Shown here: one piece after another, positions 46,960 through 55,701 of the stretch | Numbering within the stretch: position 1 is the stretch's first letter | Layout of the letters: every line of letters begins with the position of its first letter | NCBI GenBank assembly: GCA_937928405.1 | Contig: CALFWZ010000143.1 | Coordinates: 3,208-67,207 of the forward strand | Source of the DNA: an uncultured Saprospiraceae bacterium | GTDB taxonomy: Bacteria > Bacteroidota > Bacteroidia > Chitinophagales > Saprospiraceae | Length of the DNA stretch: 64,000 nucleotides | Reading direction: 5' to 3' | Notes under the pieces: generated by a model | Told to the model about the DNA's origin: nothing | The model's input: only the letters and a program-made list of their open reading frames with translations | Database searches by the model: none | Position numbers and translations under genes: made by a program

Positions 46960-48357
46960 ATGGCCAAAACAGGGAAAAACAAGTTAATTATTTTTTTAGT
47001 CTTTCTATTCATCTGCCTAATTGGTTTTGCGATTTATAAAAGTCGCAGTAAACCAAAGGGAGTGGCGGTCACGACCGAAGAAGTAGTCAAAAGAACCATC
47101 CGAGAACAGGTCTCTGCTAGTGGTAAGGTTTTTCCAGAAACGGAGGTGAAAATAAGTTCTGATATCTCTGGGGAGATTGTAGAACTCTTTGTCGAAGAAG
47201 GAGACACCGTCAAAGCTGGCCAGTTGCTAGGCCGCATCGACGCCGATACGTATCAAGCCCAAGTACAACGAAGTCAGGCAAGTGTCAGTAACGCCCGCGC
47301 CCAAGTTGCCAACAGTGAAGCAGGTATCACTCGAGCCGAAGCGATCCTTAAACAATCTCAAGCACAACGCGATCAAATCATGGCTCAGGTCGTAAATACC
47401 CGCGCCATCCACACCCGAAATAAAGAACTTTTTGACGAGGGAGTTATCTCTGCCGCTGACTTCGAAAATTCTACCTCTACTCTAGACGGAATTGAAGCCA
47501 ACCTAGCATCAGCTGAAGCAACGATTTCCTCTAATCGCGCCAATCTAGAAGCCGCCCGACAAAGTGTGAAAGCGGCCGAATTTAACGTAAAGAGTGCACA
47601 AGCAACGCTCGGTGAAGTAAACACCAGTTTACGCAGAACCAATATTGTTGCTCCAATGGACGGAATTATTTCCCGACTGGACGTCGAACAAGGAGAACGG
47701 GTAGTAGGAACTTTACAGATGGCGGGAACAGAAATGATGCGGGTAGCTGACTTGAGTACGATCGAAGTCCAAGTGGACGTCAGCGAAAACGATGTACTCC
47801 GTGTCAATGTAGGTGATCCAGCCGAAATCGAAGTGGATGCTTATTTAGATGAAAATTTTACCGGCTACGTAACAGAAATTGCCAACTCAGCTACCAACAG
47901 TACGGCCGCCAGCCTGACCACAGATCAAGTGACCAACTTCGTTGTAAAAATCAGAATCAACCCAGAATCTTATCGCGAAATGATGATCAAAAATCGACGA
48001 TTTCCATTTCGACCTGGCATGTCTGCTTCGGTTGATATTAATACCAATACCGAAAAAGACGCACTCACTATTCCTATTCAAGCTGTGACAACCCGAGACA
48101 TCAATCAGGTGGGAAAGAAAAAACGTGGTAAAAAGAAAAAAGAGAAAAAGAAAGATGCGGAAGAAAATATCAAAGAAGTAGTCTTTATCATGGAAGCAGA
48201 TACGGCTAGGATGATCCAAGTTACTACAGGAATTCAGGATGATAAATATATTCAAATATTAGATGGACTAACCGAAGGCATGAATATTATCGATGGACCG
48301 TATAGCGTAGTGTCTAAGAAATTAGAACAAGGAGAGGATTTACGAGTGGAGGATTAA
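46960..48357 (+). CDS. Efflux transporter periplasmic adaptor (HlyD/MacA-type MFP)
   Basis: N-terminal TM helix, lipoyl-like motif GDTVKAGQLLGRID, a coiled-coil hairpin and a beta-barrel domain. There is an unusual poly-Lys insert, GKKKRGKKKKEKKKD. Confidence 0.85.
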   Translation: MAKTGKNKLIIFLVFLFICLIGFAIYKSRSKPKGVAVTTEEVVKRTIREQVSASGKVFPETEVKISSDISGEIVELFVEEGDTVKAGQLLGRIDADTYQAQVQRSQASVSNARAQVANSEAGITRAEAILKQSQAQRDQIMAQVVNTRAIHTRNKELFDEGVISAADFENSTSTLDGIEANLASAEATISSNRANLEAARQSVKAAEFNVKSAQATLGEVNTSLRRTNIVAPMDGIISRLDVEQGERVVGTLQMAGTEMMRVADLSTIEVQVDVSENDVLRVNVGDPAEIEVDAYLDENFTGYVTEIANSATNSTAASLTTDQVTNFVVKIRINPESYREMMIKNRRFPFRPGMSASVDINTNTEKDALTIPIQAVTTRDINQVGKKKRGKKKKEKKKDAEENIKEVVFIMEADTARMIQVTTGIQDDKYIQILDGLTEGMNIIDGPYSVVSKKLEQGEDLRVED

Positions 48358-48440
48358 TGAATATCCAATCTCGAATATCCAATATTGATTTATTGAATAA
48401 TGCGCTTCAATCGTATTGCTTTACTAAGAAAACAAAATAA

Positions 48441-49034
48441 TTATCTATCAACGCATTAATTTTATTTATCAAAAATCCTGAAAAGGGAAAAGTAAAAACC
48501 CGCTTAGCCAAGACGGTTGGAGATGATCGAGCTTTGGCGATTTATAAAGCCTTACTGGAACATACCCGTAAGTTGACCTTACCGATAGATGTTACGCGCT
48601 TTCTTTTTTATAGTAATAAAATTAATTCCAAGGACGACTGGTCTGCGGAAGATTTTCATAAAGCAGTTCAACACGACGGAGATCTTGGTGATCGCATGAA
48701 AGCAGCCTTTGCCAAAGCATTTGAAAAACATGATCAAGTCTTAATCATTGGCAGTGATTGTGCCAGTCTGACTACCGAAATTGTCAACGAGGGATTTGCT
48801 GCTTTAGCGAATCATGACTTTGTCTTGGGACCTGCGATGGACGGTGGTTATTATTTATTAGGTATGAAAAAATATACTCCTGCCCTGTTTGAAGATATGC
48901 CGTGGAGTACAGAAACGGTCGCACAGATCACCCAAGATCGAATCAAAACAATGGATAAGTCCTGTTTCATTTTGAAGGAGTTAAGTGATATTGATTTTGA
49001 GGAAGATTGGGAAAAGTGGGGATGGGAAATTTAG
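48441..49034 (+). CDS. DUF2064/TIGR04282-family protein (putative nucleotidyl/glycosyltransferase); no canonical start codon for the conserved N-terminus
   Basis: In-frame translation upstream of the track ORF (TTG 48534) gives LSINALILFIKNPEKGKVKTRLAKTVGDDRALAIYKALLEHT, the conserved family N-terminus. A stop lies at 48438-48440, with no ATG/GTG/TTG between 48441 and 48533. Confidence 0.6.
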   Translation, partial: LSINALILFIKNPEKGKVKTRLAKTVGDDRALAIYKALLEHTRKLTLPIDVTRFLFYSNKINSKDDWSAEDFHKAVQHDGDLGDRMKAAFAKAFEKHDQVLIIGSDCASLTTEIVNEGFAALANHDFVLGPAMDGGYYLLGMKKYTPALFEDMPWSTETVAQITQDRIKTMDKSCFILKELSDIDFEEDWEKWGWEI

Positions 49035-49085
49035 GATGGGATGGGAAAACGGTAAAGACAATTCATGAATTGACACTATGTTTTT

Positions 49086-50057
49086 TTAGATAACATCAAT
49101 CCTTGACGGTGGTAACATTCTACTATTGTCATTTCCTATAATTTTAGAATTTTTTAATCTAATTTTAGAAAGTAATCCTTTTGGTGAAAAAAGATATAAC
49201 TCAAACGGAAATGTTCTATTCTCAACACAATTTCTAAGTTCATAGTCCTTATAACGTCGGGCGAAACTAAAAACTCTTTCAACCGAATCATTGGGTGCTA
49301 TAATTATTGATTCATTTTGTGTATTAATAAACTTACCATCTGACAATCTAAAAATATCTCTTAAGGGAAGCGGCATCCTTTCTGATTCTTTTCCTATTTC
49401 TACGAACGCACCAGTTATTGCAATGGGTCTGGTTCCATAATTCTGAATTATAACCTGAAAACCCACAGAACCAACATTTATATCACGGAATGCACAATCA
49501 AAAATTTCAACTCTTTCCTCTTGGATAATATTTTTCCGATCATAATACATCATTTCAATGTCATGCTTGCTTGCGTGTTGAATTGTGGTGCCTTTCCTAA
49601 CCCAGATACAATGTTGAATTTCTTTTTTTAGATTGTTATTTTTATCGAAGGTTTGATAATTCTTTATTATCACGGGTTTTGAAAAAGAAGGAGGAATATG
49701 TATTATACTTAACGTGTTGTTATCAATTATTTCATCATGTATTGTAACATCAAATAAATCGCTACATCTTTTTGCTATAATTCCTTGAATTTCGTTCGAA
49801 TCTTTTAATCCACAATCTGTAAATTTTGCTTCATGATTTTTATTTTCTTCTTCGTCCCATCCAATAATTATTAATCCATCCAGTCCGACCGTATTTACAT
49901 TTGCAGTTATATTTCTTAAAAAATCATTTATTCCTTTTCCACTAGTTAAGTCGAACCACTTTCTTTTAAAGTCAACTTTAGGAAGTTCAACTTTAAGGCC
50001 TAAACTTGATTTTAGGAGGTATTCTCTAGTCTTTCTTATTATCTCTTGTCGTTCCAT
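49086..50057 (-). CDS. AT-rich island gene B: AlbA_2 (Schlafen-type) domain protein with uncharacterised beta-rich C-terminal domain
   Basis: Blocks VDFKRKW, ITANVNTVGLDGLIIIGWDEE, LSIIHIPPSFSKPVIIK and IWVRKGTTIQHASKHDIEMMYY follow the AlbA_2 pattern (E/DFK ... AfaNt.GG.iiiGv ... i.v.ps...P ... vR.gs.t..a). The C-terminal half is unassigned. Confidence 0.55.
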   Translation of the reverse strand: MERQEIIRKTREYLLKSSLGLKVELPKVDFKRKWFDLTSGKGINDFLRNITANVNTVGLDGLIIIGWDEEENKNHEAKFTDCGLKDSNEIQGIIAKRCSDLFDVTIHDEIIDNNTLSIIHIPPSFSKPVIIKNYQTFDKNNNLKKEIQHCIWVRKGTTIQHASKHDIEMMYYDRKNIIQEERVEIFDCAFRDINVGSVGFQVIIQNYGTRPIAITGAFVEIGKESERMPLPLRDIFRLSDGKFINTQNESIIIAPNDSVERVFSFARRYKDYELRNCVENRTFPFELYLFSPKGLLSKIRLKNSKIIGNDNSRMLPPSRIDVI

Positions 50058-50237
50058 TTCGAGTTTTCATTTAATTTTACTATTCTATATTGGTATTGAA
50101 TTTATACAGTTGTCCTAAAAATTAGATTATTTTTTATCATTTTTTTCTTCATATTTATTCTCCCTTATAGATAAAATTTCCATTTTTTTTACTAGTGATT
50201 CATCATCAACAAATTTGTATTCCACCTCATCCTTATA

Positions 50238-51248
50238 TTATGGAATGACGCTTAGAATAAGACTACCTTTTTTATGAAAATCTCGTGCTTTTAATTCCCA
50301 TTCAATTTTTATTTCGTACTCCTTAGGAATTGGGATTAGCTCAAGTGAAAAATCTTTTTTATCATTTTGAACAAGAGGTTTATTATCTTGAGGTATGTAT
50401 TTTACTTCATGTTTTTCTACTATTTTTCTTTCTTTAGTATCAAAGCCAAAATTTGGTACTCCTGCAATATATCTTGATTCTTTTATTGGTTTATGTTCTC
50501 CAATAACTCTGAATAGGATATGCCAATCTTCAATCACGACACTCCCTGTATTTCTCATTTCCAAATCAATCTCAGTTATCGCTACATTTGTATTGTTGAA
50601 CATAGAATTGTAAGATTCGGAAAAATTTAGATGCGGACCCAAAAGTCGTGAATGTAAGATTTGTTTATGTAAATTTGATTTTCCTTCATTCAAATAAAAT
50701 TTTCTTACTTTTCTATAAAACGTGGGATAAATAGACTTTTGCATAGCACTCTCTTCTAAAAATATTGCAAAATCAAAGCTATCTTTAAATTGAATGTTAT
50801 TTAAATAAAATTGGTATGTGGTCCTATTTTCTACGATTAGATCTACTATGTCTTCCCAGCAAAATAAAAGAATTTCGAATGATTGATTCTTTCTGTTTTC
50901 AATGTCAAGGAGTCTAATTTCTTTTTCTATTTTAGCGTCTTTATTTGAAGTTGTAGCAAGAATAAAAACTTCTAACTTAGGTTCAAACATTTTTGCCTTT
51001 TTAATTTCTTCTACTATCTCTTTTTTTGTGATTTTGGCATGAGTATATTCATCCTTTCCTTTACATTGAATCCCCCAATAACTTGATTCACCATTTGGAA
51101 TGCCATAAATATCTATTCCGTTTTGATCTTGCCCAGCTCTACCATTTTTTTTTATTTTGTATGGAATATTCCATATTTCACCCCATAACTTCTTGCAGAG
51201 TGTTTCAAAGTCTTGCCAATTTTCTGGCTTAGGTAACTGTTTTTTCAT
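50238..51248 (-). CDS. AT-rich island gene A: Mrr-like PD-(D/E)xK restriction-endonuclease-fold protein with uncharacterised beta-rich C-terminal domain
   Basis: Nuclease motifs in order: WQDFETLCKKLW (E), QNGIDIYG (D), WGIQCKGK (QxK) and VFILATTSN. I prefer the ATG at 51248 (MKKQLPKPENW); the track's start is 51272. Confidence 0.55.
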   Translation of the reverse strand: MKKQLPKPENWQDFETLCKKLWGEIWNIPYKIKKNGRAGQDQNGIDIYGIPNGESSYWGIQCKGKDEYTHAKITKKEIVEEIKKAKMFEPKLEVFILATTSNKDAKIEKEIRLLDIENRKNQSFEILLFCWEDIVDLIVENRTTYQFYLNNIQFKDSFDFAIFLEESAMQKSIYPTFYRKVRKFYLNEGKSNLHKQILHSRLLGPHLNFSESYNSMFNNTNVAITEIDLEMRNTGSVVIEDWHILFRVIGEHKPIKESRYIAGVPNFGFDTKERKIVEKHEVKYIPQDNKPLVQNDKKDFSLELIPIPKEYEIKIEWELKARDFHKKGSLILSVIP

Positions 51249-51487
51249 TTTTATGAATTTCAAAAGACACATTTAAATCTTAATATTCCACTAGCAAATA
51301 TAGAATATGCCCAGAGTCTTTCTAATTTATAACATTGCTAGAAATGGACCTAATGTAAAAAATTAAGGATGGAGAACTGGATTTGTTTCTTTTGAAGAAT
51401 TGTAAAATTTTTTGTCGAATTTTAACGGCGAATATTTGGGACTGTTCAATAAACTGTGTCAAAATAGATTTGAAAATTCAAAAACAA

Positions 51488-52837
51488 TGTCGTGCGAGTT
51501 AAACTTATACTACTTGCAAACGCACTAAGGTTATGGTAATTTTGGTTTCAACATTATTGAGTGCCTAAATTTTACTACTATGAAAGCCTACGATCAAGCA
51601 AAACGAATGGAAGTTATTCGACTATATACCAATGAAGGTTATACGATGTCAAAGATTAGTGAAGAGCTTGATATTTCCTATAACAGTGTGAGAAATTGGA
51701 TCAAAAGGTATAAAGAAAAAGGAGAGGCAGGTTTGATTCCTAACTATTCGTCTGATGGCCGTCCTACTATTTATTCTAAGAAGATAATTGAGAAAGCGAT
51801 AATTTATAAAAAGACACATCCAGAATGGGGTGCACCTTTTATTTTGATCAAATTGAAAGATGACTTTCCTGATTTGGAGCGACCCAAAGCAAGATGGCTA
51901 CAGCAAATTTTTAAAAGAAATGGGTTACAACCAAAAAAGAATAAAATACCTCAACCTACTAATATATGGGCTAACAAGGTATTTGATTGCGTACAAGTAG
52001 ATGCGAAAGAAAAAATGAAAACGGCAGATGGTCAAGATTGCTGTTATCTAAATTTTGTAGATGAATTTTCGGGAAGTGAACTGGACGCTTTTCTTTTTCC
52101 CCTGTGCACAAATTTGTCAAGTATCTCCTAGAATTGCAATCCAATGTGCCTTATATGTGATGCACCGATGGGGACATATAAAATGTTTCCGCTTTGACAA
52201 CGGCCTACCCTTTGGAGATCCGAGACGAGAATGTATGACTCCAAGTGCGCTGCATCTAGTGGCCAGAGGATGTGAGGTAAAATTTAATCCTCCACGATCT
52301 CCAACACGAAATGCTAAAGTAGAAAGGAATCAAGGAACAACAGCCAAATGGGCAGATATCAAGACTTCTGCTAATTTTTCAACATTTTATGAAAATTTAA
52401 GATATGCCGTTATTGTACAGAGAGAAAAATATCCAACTAGAGTATGCAACTATCAGACTCGAATGAAGTATTACCCAGCACTTACCAAAAATCCAAGAAA
52501 ATATAATTCTCTAGATTTTGACAAAATACGAGTCTACAAAAAATTAGCTCAAGGAAAATGGTTCAGAAAGGTATCTTCTCATGGGCAAATCAAAATTTTT
52601 GGAAAAGTTTATCAGGCCGGCTTTAAATATCGGGGCCAATCAATCATAGTTAAATTAATCATTGAAAACGAAAAACCATACTGGCAATGCTACAATCAAA
52701 ATCAGGAACCTATTGCAAAATTATTTGCCGAGAATATTGCTGATGAGTCTTACTATAAACTGCATTAATATATGAAAAATCTATAAGTGACAAATATTTA
52801 ATGCGTTTTAGTCAGTAAAGGTTTAACTCGCACGACA
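51488..52837 (+). mobile_element. IS element (IS481/IS3-superfamily DDE transposase), 1350 bp, with terminal inverted repeats and 5-bp target site duplication
   Basis: Perfect 17-bp IRs: TGTCGTGCGAGTTAAAC at 51488-51504 and its reverse complement at 52821-52837. Flanking direct repeats AACAA lie at 51483-51487 and 52838-52842. Confidence 0.85.
51580..52768 (+). pseudogene. DDE (rve-type) transposase interrupted by a +1 frameshift inside the catalytic core
   Basis: The N-terminal HTH reads YTMSKISEELDISYNSVRNWIKRY. D1 is in VQVDAKE, D2 is in FRFDNGLPF and E is in NAKVERNQG. The frames switch at the T5C4 run at 52093-52102, and removing one base there restores a 395-aa ORF. Confidence 0.8.
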
Positions 52838-52839
52838 AA

Positions 52840-52994
52840 CAACCTCAACTTCAATCTCAATGCCTAAAAATAATTGCATTTAATAAACTGATAATCAGTA
52901 GTTTTAAATTATTTTTTTCACGTTAGCAGAAAAATTGAAGTTGCCCGCCAACTTGTCGGACAGGTTTTTGAGGTTGAGATTGAGGTTAAGGTTG
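52840..52994. repeat. Inverted GAGGTTGAG-type repeat arms around a 107-nt spacer
   Basis: caacctcaacttcaatctcaa (52840-52860) pairs with ttgaggttgagattgaggttaaggttg (52968-52994). The left arm starts at the IS target site. Confidence 0.65.
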
Positions 52995-53043
52995 AAAAAC
53001 ATAGAATTTGGAACCGTCCCGTCTCTACATAAATTGTTTGTCT

Positions 53044-53568
53044 TTACAACTCACCATACATAATCTCTCCTTCCTCATTAGCGTACCTTTCGCGAATCAA
53101 TTCCTTCATTTCCTTACGGGCAAAGAAAATGCGACTCTTAATTGTTCCAAGGGGAGCATCGAGTTTTTGTGAAATTTCTTCGTAAGAATATCCTTTATAA
53201 TACATCAAAAAGGGAATACTGAATTTTTTGTCCAGCTGCTCAATAATTTCGTGAATTTCCTGCATCATAATACTGGATTCACCAGAATTGAAAGCTTGTG
53301 GTTTTTCTGCAAAGATCGACGTGATCTTCTGACCAATATATTTCATAAATCGCTTTTTACGGCGATAGTTATTAATAAAAGTGTTGCGCATAATCGTTTT
53401 GATCCAAGCATTATAGTTGGTTCCACCGCGAAATTTGTCGCGATTTTTCAAAGCCAAAAAGATCGTTTCTTGTACCAAGTCATTCGCATCCTCTTGATTC
53501 TGCGTCAGTCGGTAAGCGAAAGCTTTCAGGCTTGGGTTATTTTCGGTAATTTTATTCGTTATATCCAT
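53044..53568 (-). CDS. ECF-type RNA polymerase sigma-70 family factor (paralog 1)
   Basis: Region 2 reads DLVQETIFLALKNRDKFRGGTNYNAWIKTIMRNTFINNYRR. Region 4 reads YSYEEISQKLDAPLGTIKSRIFFARKEMK. Confidence 0.85.
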   Translation of the reverse strand: MDITNKITENNPSLKAFAYRLTQNQEDANDLVQETIFLALKNRDKFRGGTNYNAWIKTIMRNTFINNYRRKKRFMKYIGQKITSIFAEKPQAFNSGESSIMMQEIHEIIEQLDKKFSIPFLMYYKGYSYEEISQKLDAPLGTIKSRIFFARKEMKELIRERYANEEGEIMYGEL

Positions 53569-53723
53569 TAGTTCGATTGTTTTAAATTTATTACACTTGT
53601 AATTGGGGGTCGTTTGATTTCTTTATTGATTACAACCTCAAATTAGAATAAAACCACGTTTTTAAACTTATATTTCGACTAATGTCCTTAAAAAAACGAT
53701 AAACGAAACCTTTAAATAAAACG

Positions 53724-54470
53724 ATGCGGTACTTTATTGAACTCAGTTATAATGGTACAAATTACTGTGGCTGGCAACGACAACCCCACGATATGTCCGT
53801 CCAGCAAAAGATCGAAGAGTCACTTGCGACGGTTCTACGGAAGGAAACGCCCATCGTCGGTTGTGGCCGAACCGATAGCGGCGTACATGCCAGCCAGTAT
53901 TTTTTGCATTTTGACTACCCAACTCCGCTTCCAGATAACTTTATGAATCGTATGAATAAGGTGTTACCGACCGATATTGCGTTTTACGACCTAAAAGCAG
54001 TAGCCGACGACGCCCATACCCGTTTTGACGCTTCCCGACGAGCTTACCAATATCATATCATTTTTAGAAAGAATCCTTTCCATCAACAAACAAAATATTT
54101 TTTCCCACAATGGAATAAGCTCCATATTGATAAGATGCAAGAAGCGGCTAGTTTGTTGCTTGAGTACTCCGCTTTTTATACTTTTTGTAAATCTAATACA
54201 GAAGTCAAAACCATGAATTGTGATCTCATGGATAGCCACTGGGAAATCCACCCGAACGGCAAAGGGTTAACCTACCATATAGCGGCCAATCGATTTTTGC
54301 GCGGTATGGTGCGTTTGATCGTGGGTATGGGAATAAATGTAGGAATGGGAAAACTAAAGATTGACACCGTGCGGCAGGCACTCGACCGACAAGAACGACT
54401 CACCAAAAGTCTGAGCGTTCCTCCTCATGGATTGTTTTTGACCGAGGTGGAGTATCCAGTGACTACTTAA
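53724..54470 (+). CDS. truA: tRNA pseudouridine(38-40) synthase
   Basis: The N-terminus YFIELSYNGTNYCGWQRQ, the catalytic block GCGRTDSGVHA and RFLRGMVR. Confidence 0.95.
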   Translation: MRYFIELSYNGTNYCGWQRQPHDMSVQQKIEESLATVLRKETPIVGCGRTDSGVHASQYFLHFDYPTPLPDNFMNRMNKVLPTDIAFYDLKAVADDAHTRFDASRRAYQYHIIFRKNPFHQQTKYFFPQWNKLHIDKMQEAASLLLEYSAFYTFCKSNTEVKTMNCDLMDSHWEIHPNGKGLTYHIAANRFLRGMVRLIVGMGINVGMGKLKIDTVRQALDRQERLTKSLSVPPHGLFLTEVEYPVTT

Positions 54471-54473
54471 TCT

Positions 54474-55310
54474 TTATCTTTTTTTATAGTTGGAATTAAA
54501 TCCAAATCTTACAGAAATTCCGGCTTTTGAGAATCCTTGAACAAAGGTTCCTTCAAATACTGTATGATCATTTTTAACGGTTACCTCTCCTTGCACCAAG
54601 GTTCCTAAGCTATAATTAAAAACAAATCCTATCGCCCAGAAAAAACGCTTTTTCAAACCAAGTAATACCTCTGGTCTATATTCTAAGCCTCCTAATAATT
54701 GATTCGTTTGAGGTCCAAAAAAGCTTCTTTCTACCAAAATCGCATCAGAATAGTCTTGGTTTAGAAAATTATCTATACTCGGAAAATCTAGCGGTTCCCA
54801 TTTAGCGGTTGTAGAACCATCTCTAAGAAAAGGAATCTGAAAGGTAGTTACTATGGTATGTTGCAGGAATTGCTTTCCAATAGGATGCTTGTAAGCAAAA
54901 CCAATACTTGGTAATAAATAAAAACTTACAGGACCTCCACTCAAACCAGAAGAAATAGCTTGCCCATGCTTCGTAAAATCAGCGGATGCTTTGAATCTAT
55001 GACCAATTTCATTTGTTCCTGCTCCTATTGAAAAAACAAGAGCCCAGTTATCCTTATTAGGGTTTACAATTTCTGCCGTTATTCCAAACTGATAAGTCAA
55101 GGTGGCTCTTGATCCAGCAACAGAAAAACTATCAATACTCGCCATTGGAAAATCATACCTTACTGGACTTGGTCCATATAACTGCATATCGGCAGATAAT
55201 CGAATATATTTTTTCTTATCTGAAGTTTCTACCTGTGCTTTAACATAACAATAGGAAAAACAAAAAAAGAATAGACATAGCGATTTTAACCAAGTGGAGG
55301 TTTTTTGCAT
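54474..55310 (-). CDS. Predicted outer-membrane beta-barrel protein (hypothetical)
   Basis: Signal peptide, alternating amphipathic strands and the C-terminus GISVRFGFNSNYKKR. Confidence 0.4.
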   Translation of the reverse strand: MQKTSTWLKSLCLFFFCFSYCYVKAQVETSDKKKYIRLSADMQLYGPSPVRYDFPMASIDSFSVAGSRATLTYQFGITAEIVNPNKDNWALVFSIGAGTNEIGHRFKASADFTKHGQAISSGLSGGPVSFYLLPSIGFAYKHPIGKQFLQHTIVTTFQIPFLRDGSTTAKWEPLDFPSIDNFLNQDYSDAILVERSFFGPQTNQLLGGLEYRPEVLLGLKKRFFWAIGFVFNYSLGTLVQGEVTVKNDHTVFEGTFVQGFSKAGISVRFGFNSNYKKR

Positions 55311-55701
55311 GATTTGATTTCATATCAATTTTAAAATAAGTGCTCGTTCTTATAACTAACTAACCAAATTTTTATTTTTTAAAACTAATAATTAACCAAT
55401 TCCGATAATCAACGATTAGCTTTTAGATAAAAAAATTGTTCACAGTTATTTAGATCATTTATGTTAAAATTGAGGTTGACTAGCTTCTTTCTACAAAAAA
55501 ATTTAAAAATAAAATTGCAGAACTATTTGTTTTATAACATATTTTGTTTTAACTTAGCGGCTGAAAGAAATAAATAGGTTGTTTTACTATCGTCGATTTT
55601 TTCAGTAAACAATTCTAATATTAATCATCAAAGTTGCGCAGTAAGGCTCCTCGCCTTCTAGACACTTCACTATGAAACGCAACTTATAAATACTTTTAGT
55701 T

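Noticed and set aside
52061-52131. Interpreting the transposase orfA/orfB overlap as an IS3-type programmed -1 frameshift
   Set aside because: The downstream frame is +1, not -1. The junction lies between the first and second catalytic Asp of the DDE core rather than between the HTH and catalytic domains, and there is no A6G-type slippery heptamer. A homopolymer indel explains it better.
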